Position numbers and translations under genes: made by a program. Under the pieces are notes generated by a model that was given only the letters and a program-made list of their open reading frames with translations, did no database searches and had not been told where the DNA came from. 64,000 nucleotides of DNA, from contig CP145411.1 in the NCBI GenBank assembly GCA_036867785.1, forward strand, positions 124,001 through 188,000. The letters run 5' to 3'. Below, piece after piece: positions 31,124-42,200 of the stretch (the stretch's first letter is position 1; each line of letters opens with the position of its first letter). The stretch is from Plasmodiophora brassicae. Lineage: Eukaryota.

Positions 31124-33628
31124 ATGACGAAGACGCTGGCGACGGGCGAGAACGGCAAGCGTGTGAACGGCCACAAGGAGCGACTGGCTGTCTGGTCCGG
31201 GTATTTCAACAAGACCCTGCATGAAAGGCAGGATCAGCTGGCGCTGGTGTTCCCGGGTATCGATCCGACCTCGCTGGACGGCGGTGGCCTGACGGGTCCG
31301 CTCGCCGACGTCATGATCGAGAACTGCATCGGCACGCTCGGTGTTCCGCTTGGCGTTGCTCCGACGTTCATCATCAACGACACGCACTACGTCGTCCCGA
31401 TGGCCATCGAGGAACCCTCCGTCATCGCTGCCGCGTCTGGCGCCGCCAAACTCATCGCTGCCCATGGAGGATTCAGCGCCCAGTCCACGCGAAGCATCAT
31501 GACCGGCCAGGTATCGACACGTGTGCCCATGTGCTCTCCTGCCTGGCAATGGGGCTAACTGGTTCTTGATGTCCAGGTGCAGATCGTCGACCTGCCCGAT
31601 GTCATGACCGCTTGCCAGATCGTGAACAAGAACCGGGACACCCTGATCAGTGCGGCCAACGCGTTCTGTGCGTCGATGCAGGCTCGGGGCGGGGGCGTCA
31701 TCGACATCGTCCCTCGCGTCGTGGAGAAGCGCACGCTGTCGGAGGCGTTCCTCGTCGTGCACATCCAGATGGACGTCTGCGAGAGCATGGGCGCTAACGT
31801 CGTCAATACGGTCGCCGAAGGTGTCGCCCCTGCCATTGTCGAGCTTGTCGGCGGGCGTGCTGCGCTGCGTATCCTGTCGAATATGTGCCTGGAGCGACGG
31901 GCGTCGTCGTCGTTTCGGATCCCGTTCGACGCGCTGTCCTGGAAGGGCGTTCACGGGGCGACTGTCGCCAAGCTCATTGTCGAGGCGTACGAGTTCGCCG
32001 AATCGGACCCGTTCCGGGCGGCAACGCACAACAAGGGCATCATGAACGGGATCGATGCGGTTGCTGTCGCGACGGGTCAAGACTGGAGGGCCATCGAAGC
32101 GTCGGCGCATTCGTGGGCCTGCCGCAACGGGTACTACGGGTCCATAACGTCGTACGCGCTGGATGGCGACGCTCTGGTCGGGTCGATTGAGATGCCGATT
32201 GCCGTTGGCGTCAAGGGCGGTGCCCTGCATACGCATCCAGTATACCGTTTCACGATGGAGCTTCTCGGTGGGCCCTCGTCGGCTGACCTGGCCCAGATCA
32301 TCGTCTCGGTCGGGCTGGCGCAGAACTTTGCCGCTCTACGAGCACTGGCGGTCGAAGGCATCCAGCGTGGGCACATGTCGCTTCATGCTCGTAACATCGC
32401 AGTGGCAGCTGGTGCCGCCAGTGACCTGGTCCCTGAAGTTGCCACCTACATGACGCGCCGGAACATGGTGTCGCTGGCTGTCGCCACAGAGTACCTGGAA
32501 GCGCATCGCCTGATGACCGAAGTGTCGCTGCCTGCATCGAAGACGTCGGAGCGACGAGCGCAGCCATCGACGTTCCATCTGCAGGTTGACGCGTCAACTG
32601 GGTTCACCGTGAAGCTCAACGTTGTCGTGCCGACGCTTGGCGCGCGCCAGCCCGTCCACATGTTCTTGAAACGGGGCGTCGAAGCGCACCCGCTTCAAGA
32701 GGCGCTGCTCGGAAGCGGCAAGGATGCCGCCTGGATCAGCACCGTCTACGACAACATTGACATGATTCGGCTCGCGTCCAAGAACACCCCGCGGGAGAAC
32801 GTTCACCTGCTGAACAAGCTGAAGCTCGCGTGCGTTGCGTTCAATCTCATCTCGCACAACCTGATGCAGAACTGGCCGGCGAAGACAGGCGCCGTCCTTC
32901 AAGCGATGCTCGCGACGCCGGCGGTCGCTCCTCGTGACCTGTTCCGGAAGATGGACAAGGCCGAGTACCCGCCGGGCCTCGCACTCGGCCTCCCTCTGCT
33001 CGTCATGCTCGAGCAGATGTTCCTGTGCTCCATTGAGCAGTGGGTGCACAAGACGACGCTGATGGTCTCGTCACTGAAAGGCGAGCTTCGTGCAATGATC
33101 GAATGCGTTGCCCGCAAGCCGCTGTTCTCAGTGTCGATAGCGGACGCGTCGTCAGACGTCGACCTGCTCAACGCGTTCATGTCGTCGGGGCATTCCAAGC
33201 GCTGGCCAGCGTCGTTCTTCCTGCTGTGCGACGCTCTGGCCATGGATCCGACAACGCTGACCGCTCAGCGCATCGACCTCCTGCACCGAGTCGGGGAGTT
33301 TTTCGAGTTCGAGGCCATGTTTGCACACGATTGCTCGAGGTTCGACCGTGACCAGGGGGACGAACGGGTGCCGAACATCTACAAGGCCTTCCTGGACGCG
33401 CGAAGGCTCCAGCATTCAGCAAAGTCGCTGGCCCGATACCGCGACGCGGTCGACTCGCTCTGCATGGGGAAACGTCTTGCCATCATCGAGCAGGGCCACG
33501 CCGATGAGATACCGTTCGATGTCGAACTCCTGCTGAAGGCGTCCCGGCACCTGCGGCAGTACTATGGCCAAACGGTTATGAGCGGGGACCTGACACCCCG
33601 CTCCTCAACGTCCGAGCGCTCTCAGTGA
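31124..33628 (+). CDS. Class II (bacterial-type) HMG-CoA reductase with a ~400-aa C-terminal extension; intron 31511-31576
   Basis: MIENCIG, PMAIEEPSVIAA, IMTGQ|VQ, ESMGANVVN, ILSN, DPFRAATHNKGIMNGIDAV, TGQDWRAIEA and GLAQNFAALRAL.VEGIQRGHMSLHARN are class II (MvaA/MvaE-type) motifs. Confidence 0.92.
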
Positions 33629-33758
33629 AGACGGGGCCTATCTCTCTCTCTCTCTACCCGAGTTGCAGTCAGTGTCCAATCTGGCGAATCATGTGAATAA
33701 ATTAACCGATTCGATTCCCACATTATTGTGACCATGGCACGTTCGTCTGGTCCCATTG

Positions 33759-34650
33759 CTACACAGTTGACGCCTTGTATGTCACTTGTCGGACGCAGTT
33801 GGGGCACGTGCTGCGTATTCTCAGCCATTCGTCGATGCAGCCAATGTGGAACTTGTGATCGCACGACGGCAGCCTTCGTACGTCTAGGTCGACGGGTCGT
33901 CAGCAGCGCCACTGGATACGGCGTACTGCGTTTGCCCTACCGGCCCCGTCTTCCAGTTCCATGAGGCAGATCGTGCAGGCCGCGCCGGTTCCTGAATACG
34001 ATTCAATGGGCAGGTCCAGGAGCTGAGCAGACGTGAGCCCCGCTCTGCCCAAGGGCAACATTAGCCACGCTGGATCACGCGGTTACACGAGGCACAACCT
34101 TGCATCGAGGTCAAGCTCGGGGTCCATGGATTGAAGCCGGAGGAGCGTGTAGTAGAATTCGGCCGAGAAGACGAGCGTGCCAGGGGCACTGGCGCGAAGC
34201 GCGACCCCGATGATCAGCCCGAAGATGGACAAGTAGCTGACCGTGTACACGAGCAGGCAGACGAACCAGTAGACCGATGTGATTGTCGGCAGGCATTCAT
34301 GCGACGCCCGCAGCCAGAACGCACCGACCACCGTCCAGACCCAGATGAACGGGTACACAAGGCACACGTTGAACACTGACAGGCGAATCATTGTACGCCA
34401 CTGGCATATCCACCTAGGACCGTATAAGTGCAAGAGGGCGGCGGCCGCTGGTGTGCCCAGACCTTGGGTAGGTGACCGCGCAACAGAACGCCAGCTGGAG
34501 GACGCGCAAGGCGATGAACGCGGAGAAGTGCACCACCAGCCACACGTGCAACGGGTACGAGCACGTGCCATACTCCGACCAATTCAGCGCCACGACCGCA
34601 ATACAGCACCCCATCGCGAACACGAACAGCGCATCGCGAACCACCCGCAT
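33759..34650 (-). CDS. Multi-pass membrane RING-H2 E3 ubiquitin ligase (start uncertain)
   Basis: Spliced C-terminus [43 protein letters not shown]-terminal TM helices include C..PLHVWL and [12 protein letters not shown]. Confidence 0.85.
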
Positions 34651-35018
34651 CGCCACGACTTGGCGGTTGTACTCTACGTGCTACGAGCAACGCTGACTGG
34701 CAGCTAGGTGGGCCTAAGGCACGGTCGCCACGGGTTCCCCCGTTACACTCTCCATCTGGAAACGACCGTCGCTCTTTGGAATCTGGAACCCGGTGGATCG
34801 CTCGCGGACTCAGCCTGGACCCACCCACCTATGGTAGTTGCGCCCAGCACCTTGGCAGCGTATCGGGGCGCAGTTGCGGCCAGGTGGCGCGGACCATGGC
34901 GCCCCGCGTTTTACGGCGACGGTTTCGGTAGTCCGGCGCGGCAGTAAAATTCTGCATTCTCCGGCGCGTTGTCTCAGTCTAGTCCGAAGCTGCAACTCGG
35001 CAGGGGCGGTGGATCGCG

Positions 35019-35450
35019 ATGGCCGTAGGCGTCAGTGACGAGGGTGCATCGGCGGCGAGCAAGCCGGCGTTGGCCAAGCCCGTGTTCGTGTCGCTGTCGA
35101 CGTGCGAACCGGAGATGGCCGGGTACAATCTCAAGGTCCAGGTCATGTCGTGCAAGACGATTCAGGATCGGCGCCGGCCGGACGGGACGCGTCACGCCAT
35201 CGTCGAGGCCGTCGTCGCCGACCCGTCCGCCTGCTGCACGTTGACGCTGCGCGGCGACCAGGTCGATCTTGTCAAACCCGGCGACCGCATCATCCTCCGC
35301 AATGCGAAGACGGTCATCTTCGACGAGCACATGCGCCTCTGCGTCGACCCATGGGGGCGCATTGTCCCCGACGACAACCCCGACATGGCTGCCGAACAGA
35401 ACCTGGACAATGACCTGTCGGCGATCGCGTTCGAACTCGTCCAGAACTAA
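35019..35450 (+). CDS. Small OB-fold nucleic-acid-binding protein (At4g28440-like)
   Basis: KPVFV..L.P...GYNLKVQV...EAVVAD...C..LTLRGDQVDLVKPG..IILRNAK...MRLCVD.WGRI...NDLS..FELV. Confidence 0.82.
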   Translation: MAVGVSDEGASAASKPALAKPVFVSLSTCEPEMAGYNLKVQVMSCKTIQDRRRPDGTRHAIVEAVVADPSACCTLTLRGDQVDLVKPGDRIILRNAKTVIFDEHMRLCVDPWGRIVPDDNPDMAAEQNLDNDLSAIAFELVQN

Positions 35451-35540
35451 ACGCCTCCCTAATTGCCATCTGCTATACGACGACACCGTGTGCATCCTGG
35501 TTGGCAGGGCATGCTCATCAGTTGTCAGACGTGTACTAAA

Positions 35541-35990
35541 TTACATGGCAATGCCAGGCTGGGACGCGACCTCGATCTTGCTAGCGATCGTGTCGAGCTC
35601 GCGGCGTCCCTTGCTGGTGACGCGCCGGCCCTTCTTGGTCTCGTCCTTCTGGACGATCTCGCAGGACTCCAGCTGCTGCAGGATGTTGCGGATGATGCCC
35701 TTGGCGGCCAGGGCGAACTTGTTCCGGCGGACGCCCCGTCGGTCAGCGCCGCCGTACACCTTCTGCAGGCCGCCGACCGACCCGCCACGAAGGTAGACGC
35801 GACGGGCAATAGCGGCCGCTCGCAGGTAGTACCAATCGGCGTTCTGCGGCGGGAGCTCCTTGTACGCGGCCGTCTTGCAGTACTCGGCCCACGACGGCAC
35901 CTTGATCTTGTCCGACTTCTTGAAGTGCTCGGCCAGCGCCTGCACGAACTTGTCCGCAGGGACGTCCTTGACGAGCTTCCCGACCGCCAT
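35541..35990 (-). CDS. RPS19: 40S ribosomal protein S19 (eS19)
   Basis: VKDVPADKFV..LAEHFKK, KTAAYKELPP.NADWYYLRAAAIARRVYLR, IIRNILQQLE and GRRELD. Probable 5'-UTR intron at ~35997-36062. Confidence 0.97.
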   Translation of the reverse strand: MAVGKLVKDVPADKFVQALAEHFKKSDKIKVPSWAEYCKTAAYKELPPQNADWYYLRAAAIARRVYLRGGSVGGLQKVYGGADRRGVRRNKFALAAKGIIRNILQQLESCEIVQKDETKKGRRVTSKGRRELDTIASKIEVASQPGIAM

Positions 35991-36531
35991 GGCGACTAGC
36001 CACACGCCGGTTCAGACACCGCCCAACCCGCCGGCGGACCGACACAGACACGACGGACGTACCTCGATAGCAAGCGTTAGCGACGCAGTGGACCCTCGAC
36101 GCCGTGGCGCACTCCGCAGCTCTGACCGCTCGCGCTATATCGCCGGCGCCCTAATATCCGTCCCTTGCGCGCGCGCGCGCGCGTCGCACCGCACCCTGCA
36201 CCGGGCTGCCCCGCCTCTTGCTGCCGCACCGATGATCACGACTGCCATCAGCACATGGCCGCCAGATGGACGTCAGTGTGTGCTGGCCGGTAGTAGCAGC
36301 CGTCGAAGGTCCCGCGCATTTGATGTTGTTCGCCCGCCTTCGCCGACGTTCGGCACGTGCGCGTGTCGGATGCCACAGCGATAGTCGGGCGGGTGCCGGG
36401 GGAGGGGAACCGCGGCTGTGACGATGAGTATGACAAGGTATGTATAAGGCCGCGCAGACCGGGAACGGGGGAGGGGGGCGCGCGCGTGGTCCGCTTGCGT
36501 GGCACTCCTGCCGCCGAGTCGTGGTCGCCCG

Positions 36532-38308
36532 ATGGGGATCCAGGGCCTGCTCCCGTTGCTGCGTTCGATCACGACCCCGGTGCACGTGTCGGCGTACGCC
36601 GGCAGCGTCGTGGCGATCGACACGTACTGCTGGCTGCACCGGGGCGCGTCCGCCCAGGCCGCCGCCATCTGCAAGGGCGACGCCGGCGCCGACGGATACG
36701 TCCACTTCGTGTGCGGCCGCGTCCAGATGCTGATCGACGCCGGCGTGCGCCCGCTGCTCGTCTTCGACGGCGCGCCGCTGCCCGCGAAACGCGCCCAGGA
36801 AGACTGCCGGGCCGAGCGTCGACAGCGGTGCCTGAGCGCCGCCCTGGAGCTGGAGGCGGCGGGGAACGCGGCCGCCGCCGAGAAGATGTACCGATCCGCC
36901 CTGGACGTGACGCCGTTGATGGCCAAACGCGTCATCGACGCCGTTCAGCAGCGGTTCCCCGCGGTCGCCTGCGTCGTCGCGCCGTACGAGGCGGACGCCC
37001 AGCTCGCCTGGCTCAGCGCCAACGGCCACGTTGCCGCCGTCATCTCTGAAGACAGCGACCTGCTGGCGTTCGGCGTCGAACGCGTCCTCTTCAAGGTACC
37101 CCGTTGTCGCGTTCGTGGCGCGCGCGTCCCTGACCGTTGCTGGGGCAGATGGACGGCCGGGGCCATGCCGACCAGGTGTGCCTGGCGCAGCTGGGCGCCA
37201 CGACCGACGTGGACCTGTCGCGCTGGACGCTGGAACAGTTCCGCCTGATGTGCATTGTGTCCGGGTGCGACTACCTGGCGTCGCTCGACGGCATGGGCAT
37301 CCGCACCGCGCACCGCCTCGTGCTCGCCGAGCGCACCCTGCCGCGCGTGCTCAGACGCATCCGCATGCAGGGGCGCATACGGGTCCCTCGCGACTACGAG
37401 GACGCCGCCAACAGGGCCGAGCTGACGTTCCGCCATCAGGTCGGCCGTCTGCGCGCTCCTGGCTCGCGCCGCGCTCTGACATCGCGCTGCAGAGGGTGTT
37501 CGACCTCGATCGCGACCGCCTCGCCCATCTGCAACCGCTGCCCGCGACGTTCGACGACGACACGTCGTTCCTCGGGCCGGACCTCGACCCGGACGTCGCT
37601 CGCGCGATCGCCGGCGCCCTCATCGACCCTGTCACGTTGCAGCCGTTCGAGACGCGCGCCCAGGCGGTCATGGACGCTGGTGTGCGTTCGCCGCCCGCGC
37701 TTCATGGCCCAATGGATTCGTACGTGATTCGGTCGTCGCCCGCGGTCGACAACCCGTTCGCGTGCCCCCGGCCGCGGTCGGCATCGAACCCGCCGCCCGC
37801 CGCCCGACCCTTCCAGAGCAGGCTCGTCCGCCCGGAGCGGATCAGCCTCGCCAGGCGGTGCGGGTCCCTGCCGACCGTGTCGCTGCAGGCGTTCCGCACG
37901 TCGTCGTCGTCCTGCTCGCGGCCGGCGTCCCTGGACAAGCTGGGGCACCTGGCGCGGCGCCGGCACAGTGTCCCGATCGCGCTGGACCCACCCGCGAGAC
38001 GGGAACGCGAACGCGCGGCGCCTGGCGATGCTCGGCACGCGTTGCCCGTCGCCGCCGAACGGGTGATGCCCGGCGACGACCTGCCAGCCGCTGTCGAGCG
38101 GGACGACGCGCGGTCGGCGTGTGCAACGGCGGGATCGTCCGCATCGTCGTCCAGCTGGACGCCGTCCGTCCCGGCCGACCTGTCCATCACGGCGCTGCTC
38201 GAGTCGAAGCGCCCGCTGAACCTGGTCAGCGACGCGCTCGAGTTCTACCGGTTCCGCGGCACCGTCGACCGGGCCATCGACGACGCCCTGGACCGGTTCG
38301 ACCGATGA
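36532..38308 (+). CDS. EXO1: Exonuclease 1 (XPG/RAD2 family), introns ~37096-37149 and ~37440-37492
   Basis: MGIQGLLPLL, AIDTYCWLHRGA, VFDGAPLPAK, VAPYEADAQLA, ISEDSDLLAFG, SGCDYL.SL.GMG and AELTFRHQRVFD. Confidence 0.95.
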
Positions 38309-38385
38309 CGCCGTCGCTCCTTGCACTAAACGAACGGGGTTTGCATAGGCCTGTTCCGGAACGTTCAGTCGACAACGACAGCACT

Positions 38386-38386
<1 letters not shown>

Positions 38387-38464
<78 letters not shown>
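38387..38464. repeat. (GT)n microsatellite, ~38 units
   Basis: Uninterrupted gtgtgt... tract. Confidence 0.97.
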
Positions 38465-38465
<1 letters not shown>

Positions 38466-38599
38466 CGGCCTGTACGTCGAGATTCGTTACCAGGGCGGGC
38501 GCAGATCTCTCCGGGTACCCTCGAGTTGGGTGCGTGCCGTCCCAGGGCAGTAGTTAGCAAACGGGGGTCGCTAGAGGGGGTGTGTTCGCGTTGCCTACG

Positions 38600-39208
38600 A
38601 TGGACGCCGCCACCGCTGTCTTCGAATGGGCCGCCCGCGACGACGATGCTCGCCTGGCCAACGTGTTCGACCTGCCGTTCGCGAGCGCCGGCGTCTTCGA
38701 GGTCGACGCACCCGGCGCCGCGTTCACCAGCCTGGACACGGGCGCCGGCAACGCGCTGCTCCCCGCCTGGAGCGCCACCGCCCGCTCACTCGGCGCCGAC
38801 ACCTGGTACCAGCCCAGCGCGGTCGGCAAGCGCCTCCGACCTGAACCTGTCGCGATCGCCGGCGCCAAGCGCCCACGACCCGCACCCGTCGACGACGTGG
38901 AGATACGCGCGATCCTCTGGAACGAGATCGCGTTCGGCGTGGCGCCGGCCCCGTTCCAGCACAGCGGTCCGGCCGCGGTCGACCGCACGCCCACGAACGA
39001 TCGGTACGCGACGCGCGTCGCCTGCGTCCGCTGCTCGAAGCACAAGCTGCGGTGCGACACGCAGCGCCCCTGCCGACGGTGCGTCCAGAGCGGGGCGCAC
39101 AGCTCCTGCGCCGATCGCCAGCACGCCGCCGGTCGTCGTCGTCGTCGTCGCTGCAGCGGTGTCATCTGGGGCGCGCCGGTCGCCGCCGACGCCCCACCCG
39201 CGCTGTGA
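38600..39208 (+). CDS. Small protein with a C-terminal Zn(II)2Cys6 binuclear cluster
   Basis: RVACVRCSKHKLRCDTQRPCRRCVQSGAHSSC fits C-x2-C-x6-C-x5-C-x2-C-x8-C with the K.RCD...PC pattern. Confidence 0.8.
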   Translation: MDAATAVFEWAARDDDARLANVFDLPFASAGVFEVDAPGAAFTSLDTGAGNALLPAWSATARSLGADTWYQPSAVGKRLRPEPVAIAGAKRPRPAPVDDVEIRAILWNEIAFGVAPAPFQHSGPAAVDRTPTNDRYATRVACVRCSKHKLRCDTQRPCRRCVQSGAHSSCADRQHAAGRRRRRRCSGVIWGAPVAADAPPAL

Positions 39209-39279
39209 CCTGGCGGGGGGCGGGCAATCGCCGAGTCGGACAGTAGATACACACATTGACACGTCGTCGTTCTATGTAA

Positions 39280-42200
39280 TTACTGGGCGGGTGGTGGTGG
39301 TGGTGCCCGGCCCGTCGCCGTCCGCCTGCCAGCAGCACGGGCGGGGGCGCGCGTCGGCGACCACTCGCGGCAGGCCACCTCGAACGTGGCCTTGCCGAGG
39401 ACGCGCGTGCACGCGACCTTCAGCGTCTTGCAGGCGGTCAGGACGGCGGCGCCCGCACCGCCCTCCGCCTGCAGCGCCTCCATGATGGCGGGGATGCGGC
39501 CGGCGGCCAGCACGGCCAGCTGGTGCTGCCGGGACCGGGTCGGCTCCGTTGCCGGGCCGCCCCGCGCCCGCACGATACACGACGACAGGATGGCGGCCAG
39601 GCTCCGGCACAGCAGCTGGTTGTCCTCGCGTCGCACGTCGTCGTCGTCGCCGCCGCCCACCGGCAGCGGCAGGCACTGGACGAACGCGTCGACCAGGGCG
39701 TCGTTCGACACGATCGGCGAGGCCAGCGCCCAGGTCTGCAGGCACAGCAGGCACTGCCCTATGCACAGGCACGCCGAGCGTCGCGTCGCGCCGACCACGC
39801 TGCGGGAATCGGGTGAGTCGGCGGGCGCGCGCAGAGCAGGGCGGGCGCGTACCTGTTCAGGGCGACGACCAGGCCGGACACGACGTCGTCGGTGACGACG
39901 GGCAGCAGCGATTCGGGGCGCTGCACGACCCGGGCGACCTGCTGGAGGAGGTCGGCGGCGCTCTGCTGGATGGTGGGTTCGGCGGCCCAGTGCAGGCCGG
40001 GGCCGATGCAGGGCGCCAGGCGCAGGACCTCGTCGAGGAACAGCGCCTGGTGCAGGTAGACGAGGTCGCGCAGCGCCCAGAGCGTGACGCGGGCCACGGC
40101 CGCCGGCAGGCGACGCAGGACGGCGGCGTCGACGGCGCCGTCCTCGTGCTGGTGCTGGCCGTCGTTGTAGTGGACGCGCACGACCTGGTCGACGACCCGG
40201 AACACGGTGCGCGACCGGAGCTGGTCGGCGTCCGGGCACTGCAGGACGTTGACGATCGTCGACCAGGAGTCGAGCAGCTGCACGAACAGGCCCTGCGCCC
40301 AGGCGCTGGCCAGGACGGTCGGCGCCGGCACCCGGTCGACCGTGTCGGCCAGCTGGCGCACCAGGGCGAGGCCGAGGGCGCGCAGGTCGCTGCGCGCCGT
40401 GTCCGTCAGGCCCTCGGCGCCCACCCAGATCTGCGTCAGGCCGACCATGCAGCGCAGCGTCGTCTCCAGGTGCACGGGGACGGCCACGTCCGCCGACGAC
40501 GCCTCGCCGGCGCCGACCACCGCCAGCGAGTCGTGCAGGATCCGGTCCAGCACCCGCTGCCGGACGTGCTGCAGGACGACGAGCAGGGCGGCCCCGATAC
40601 GGAGCGCCACGACGCCCGTCGCACAGCAGTCGGCGACGGCAATGGCCACGGTCACCGCCGACGACTGCAGGTCGCCGCCGTTGCCCCGGAACGACGACCG
40701 TCGTCGTCGTTCCGCCTGCGTCGCTGTGGGCGGCGGCGGCGGCGGCTCCGCCAGCGCGACCAGGTCGTGGCGCCCGCCGCTACTGTCGGTCGGGTTCGCC
40801 ATGGCGCAGGTCGCCTCGAGCAGCGTGGCGAAGATGGGCGCCAGGACGGGCAGGTACGACACGAGCACCGCCCTGGGCAGCAGGTCCATGCAGGCGGCGA
40901 CGACGTCGACGATCGCGCTCATCAGGCAGGTCTCGTTGGCGGGCTCCGGTCGCCCTCCTCTGCCATCGTCGTCGTCGTCGTCGTCATCGGCGGCGACGGC
41001 GATCCCGTCCGGCGCGACCTGGACGTCGTCGACGTCGTCGTCCTTGGCCTGCAGGCACTGCTCCAGCCGGGAGCAGACGTCGACCAGGATGCCGGCGGCC
41101 GTCTCCGCGTTGACGACGTGCCGCAGGATGACGACGGCGACCAGGGCGCACCGCACCGACGACCGCGTCTTCAGGACGCGGGTCGCCGCCTGTCGCGCGC
41201 CGTGCACGACCCGGGCCTCGTCGGCCGCCGGTCGCCGATGACGAAGGCACCGCAGCAGGCACTCGAGGGCGGCGACGACGGTGCCGGTCGGGTCGGTGTC
41301 GCCGACCCGTTCGAGACGCGACACGATGGACAGGGCCAACGCCTGGATGCGGTCGTCGCTGCCGGTCACGTCGCCGTCGACGATGAACATGGCGGCGCGA
41401 AGCGCGTGCGGCAGCGCGGTCGACGTCGTCGCGTCCGCCGCGATGCGATCGCTGACCCGGTCCAGGGCCTGCAGGCAGGTGGATTCCGACAGCCAGGCCA
41501 GGCGACGACGGCAAATGCAACTGGCGGCCTGGGCGGCGAACATCTCGACCTGGTCGTTCGCGATCCACGACGACGACGACGACGGTGACAGGCTGGACAG
41601 GGCCGACGGCGCGTACTGCGACACGATCTCAAAGTCGTCGTCGGTGACCGACTGGGATTCGGCCACCAGCCCCAGGCAGAGCATCGACAGGGCCTGTCGC
41701 CGCCACAGGTGGTCGTCGTTGCCGGCGTCGACGTGGCCGTGCTGGTGGTTGCCGACGCAGGCGTCGAGATGGGCGACGATGGCGGCGGTCAGGTCGCGGG
41801 GCGCGCGATCGACCGCGGCCGCCAGGCACCGCGTCCCTTGCCGGAACACGTCCGACTGCGACAGCGGCGAAGGGCACAGTTGCACCAGGTCGAACACGAT
41901 CGGGAACAGGCTCAGGCTCAGGTCCGACGCCGGCATCGTGGTCGTCGCCGCCGACCGTGCCGCACCAGGCGGCTCGCCCGGCACCACCACCAACGCCCGG
42001 GTCGACGGCGCCGCCGACGACAACGACGACGACCCTTCGCCGGACGACGGCGACGACGACGCGGCGGACGCATGGCCGGTGGTGGCGATCGGGGCCGGCG
42101 ACGACTCGCGCGACGACGACGGCGACCGCGAGAACTCGTCCGGGAGGCTGTCGATGGCGGCCGAGACGGCGCAGGGCGACCCGGACAGGCGGTCGGCGCA

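Noticed and set aside
38388-39485. 365-aa ORF starting with (CV)n
   Set aside because: It starts inside the GT microsatellite and overlaps the Zn2Cys6 gene out of frame.
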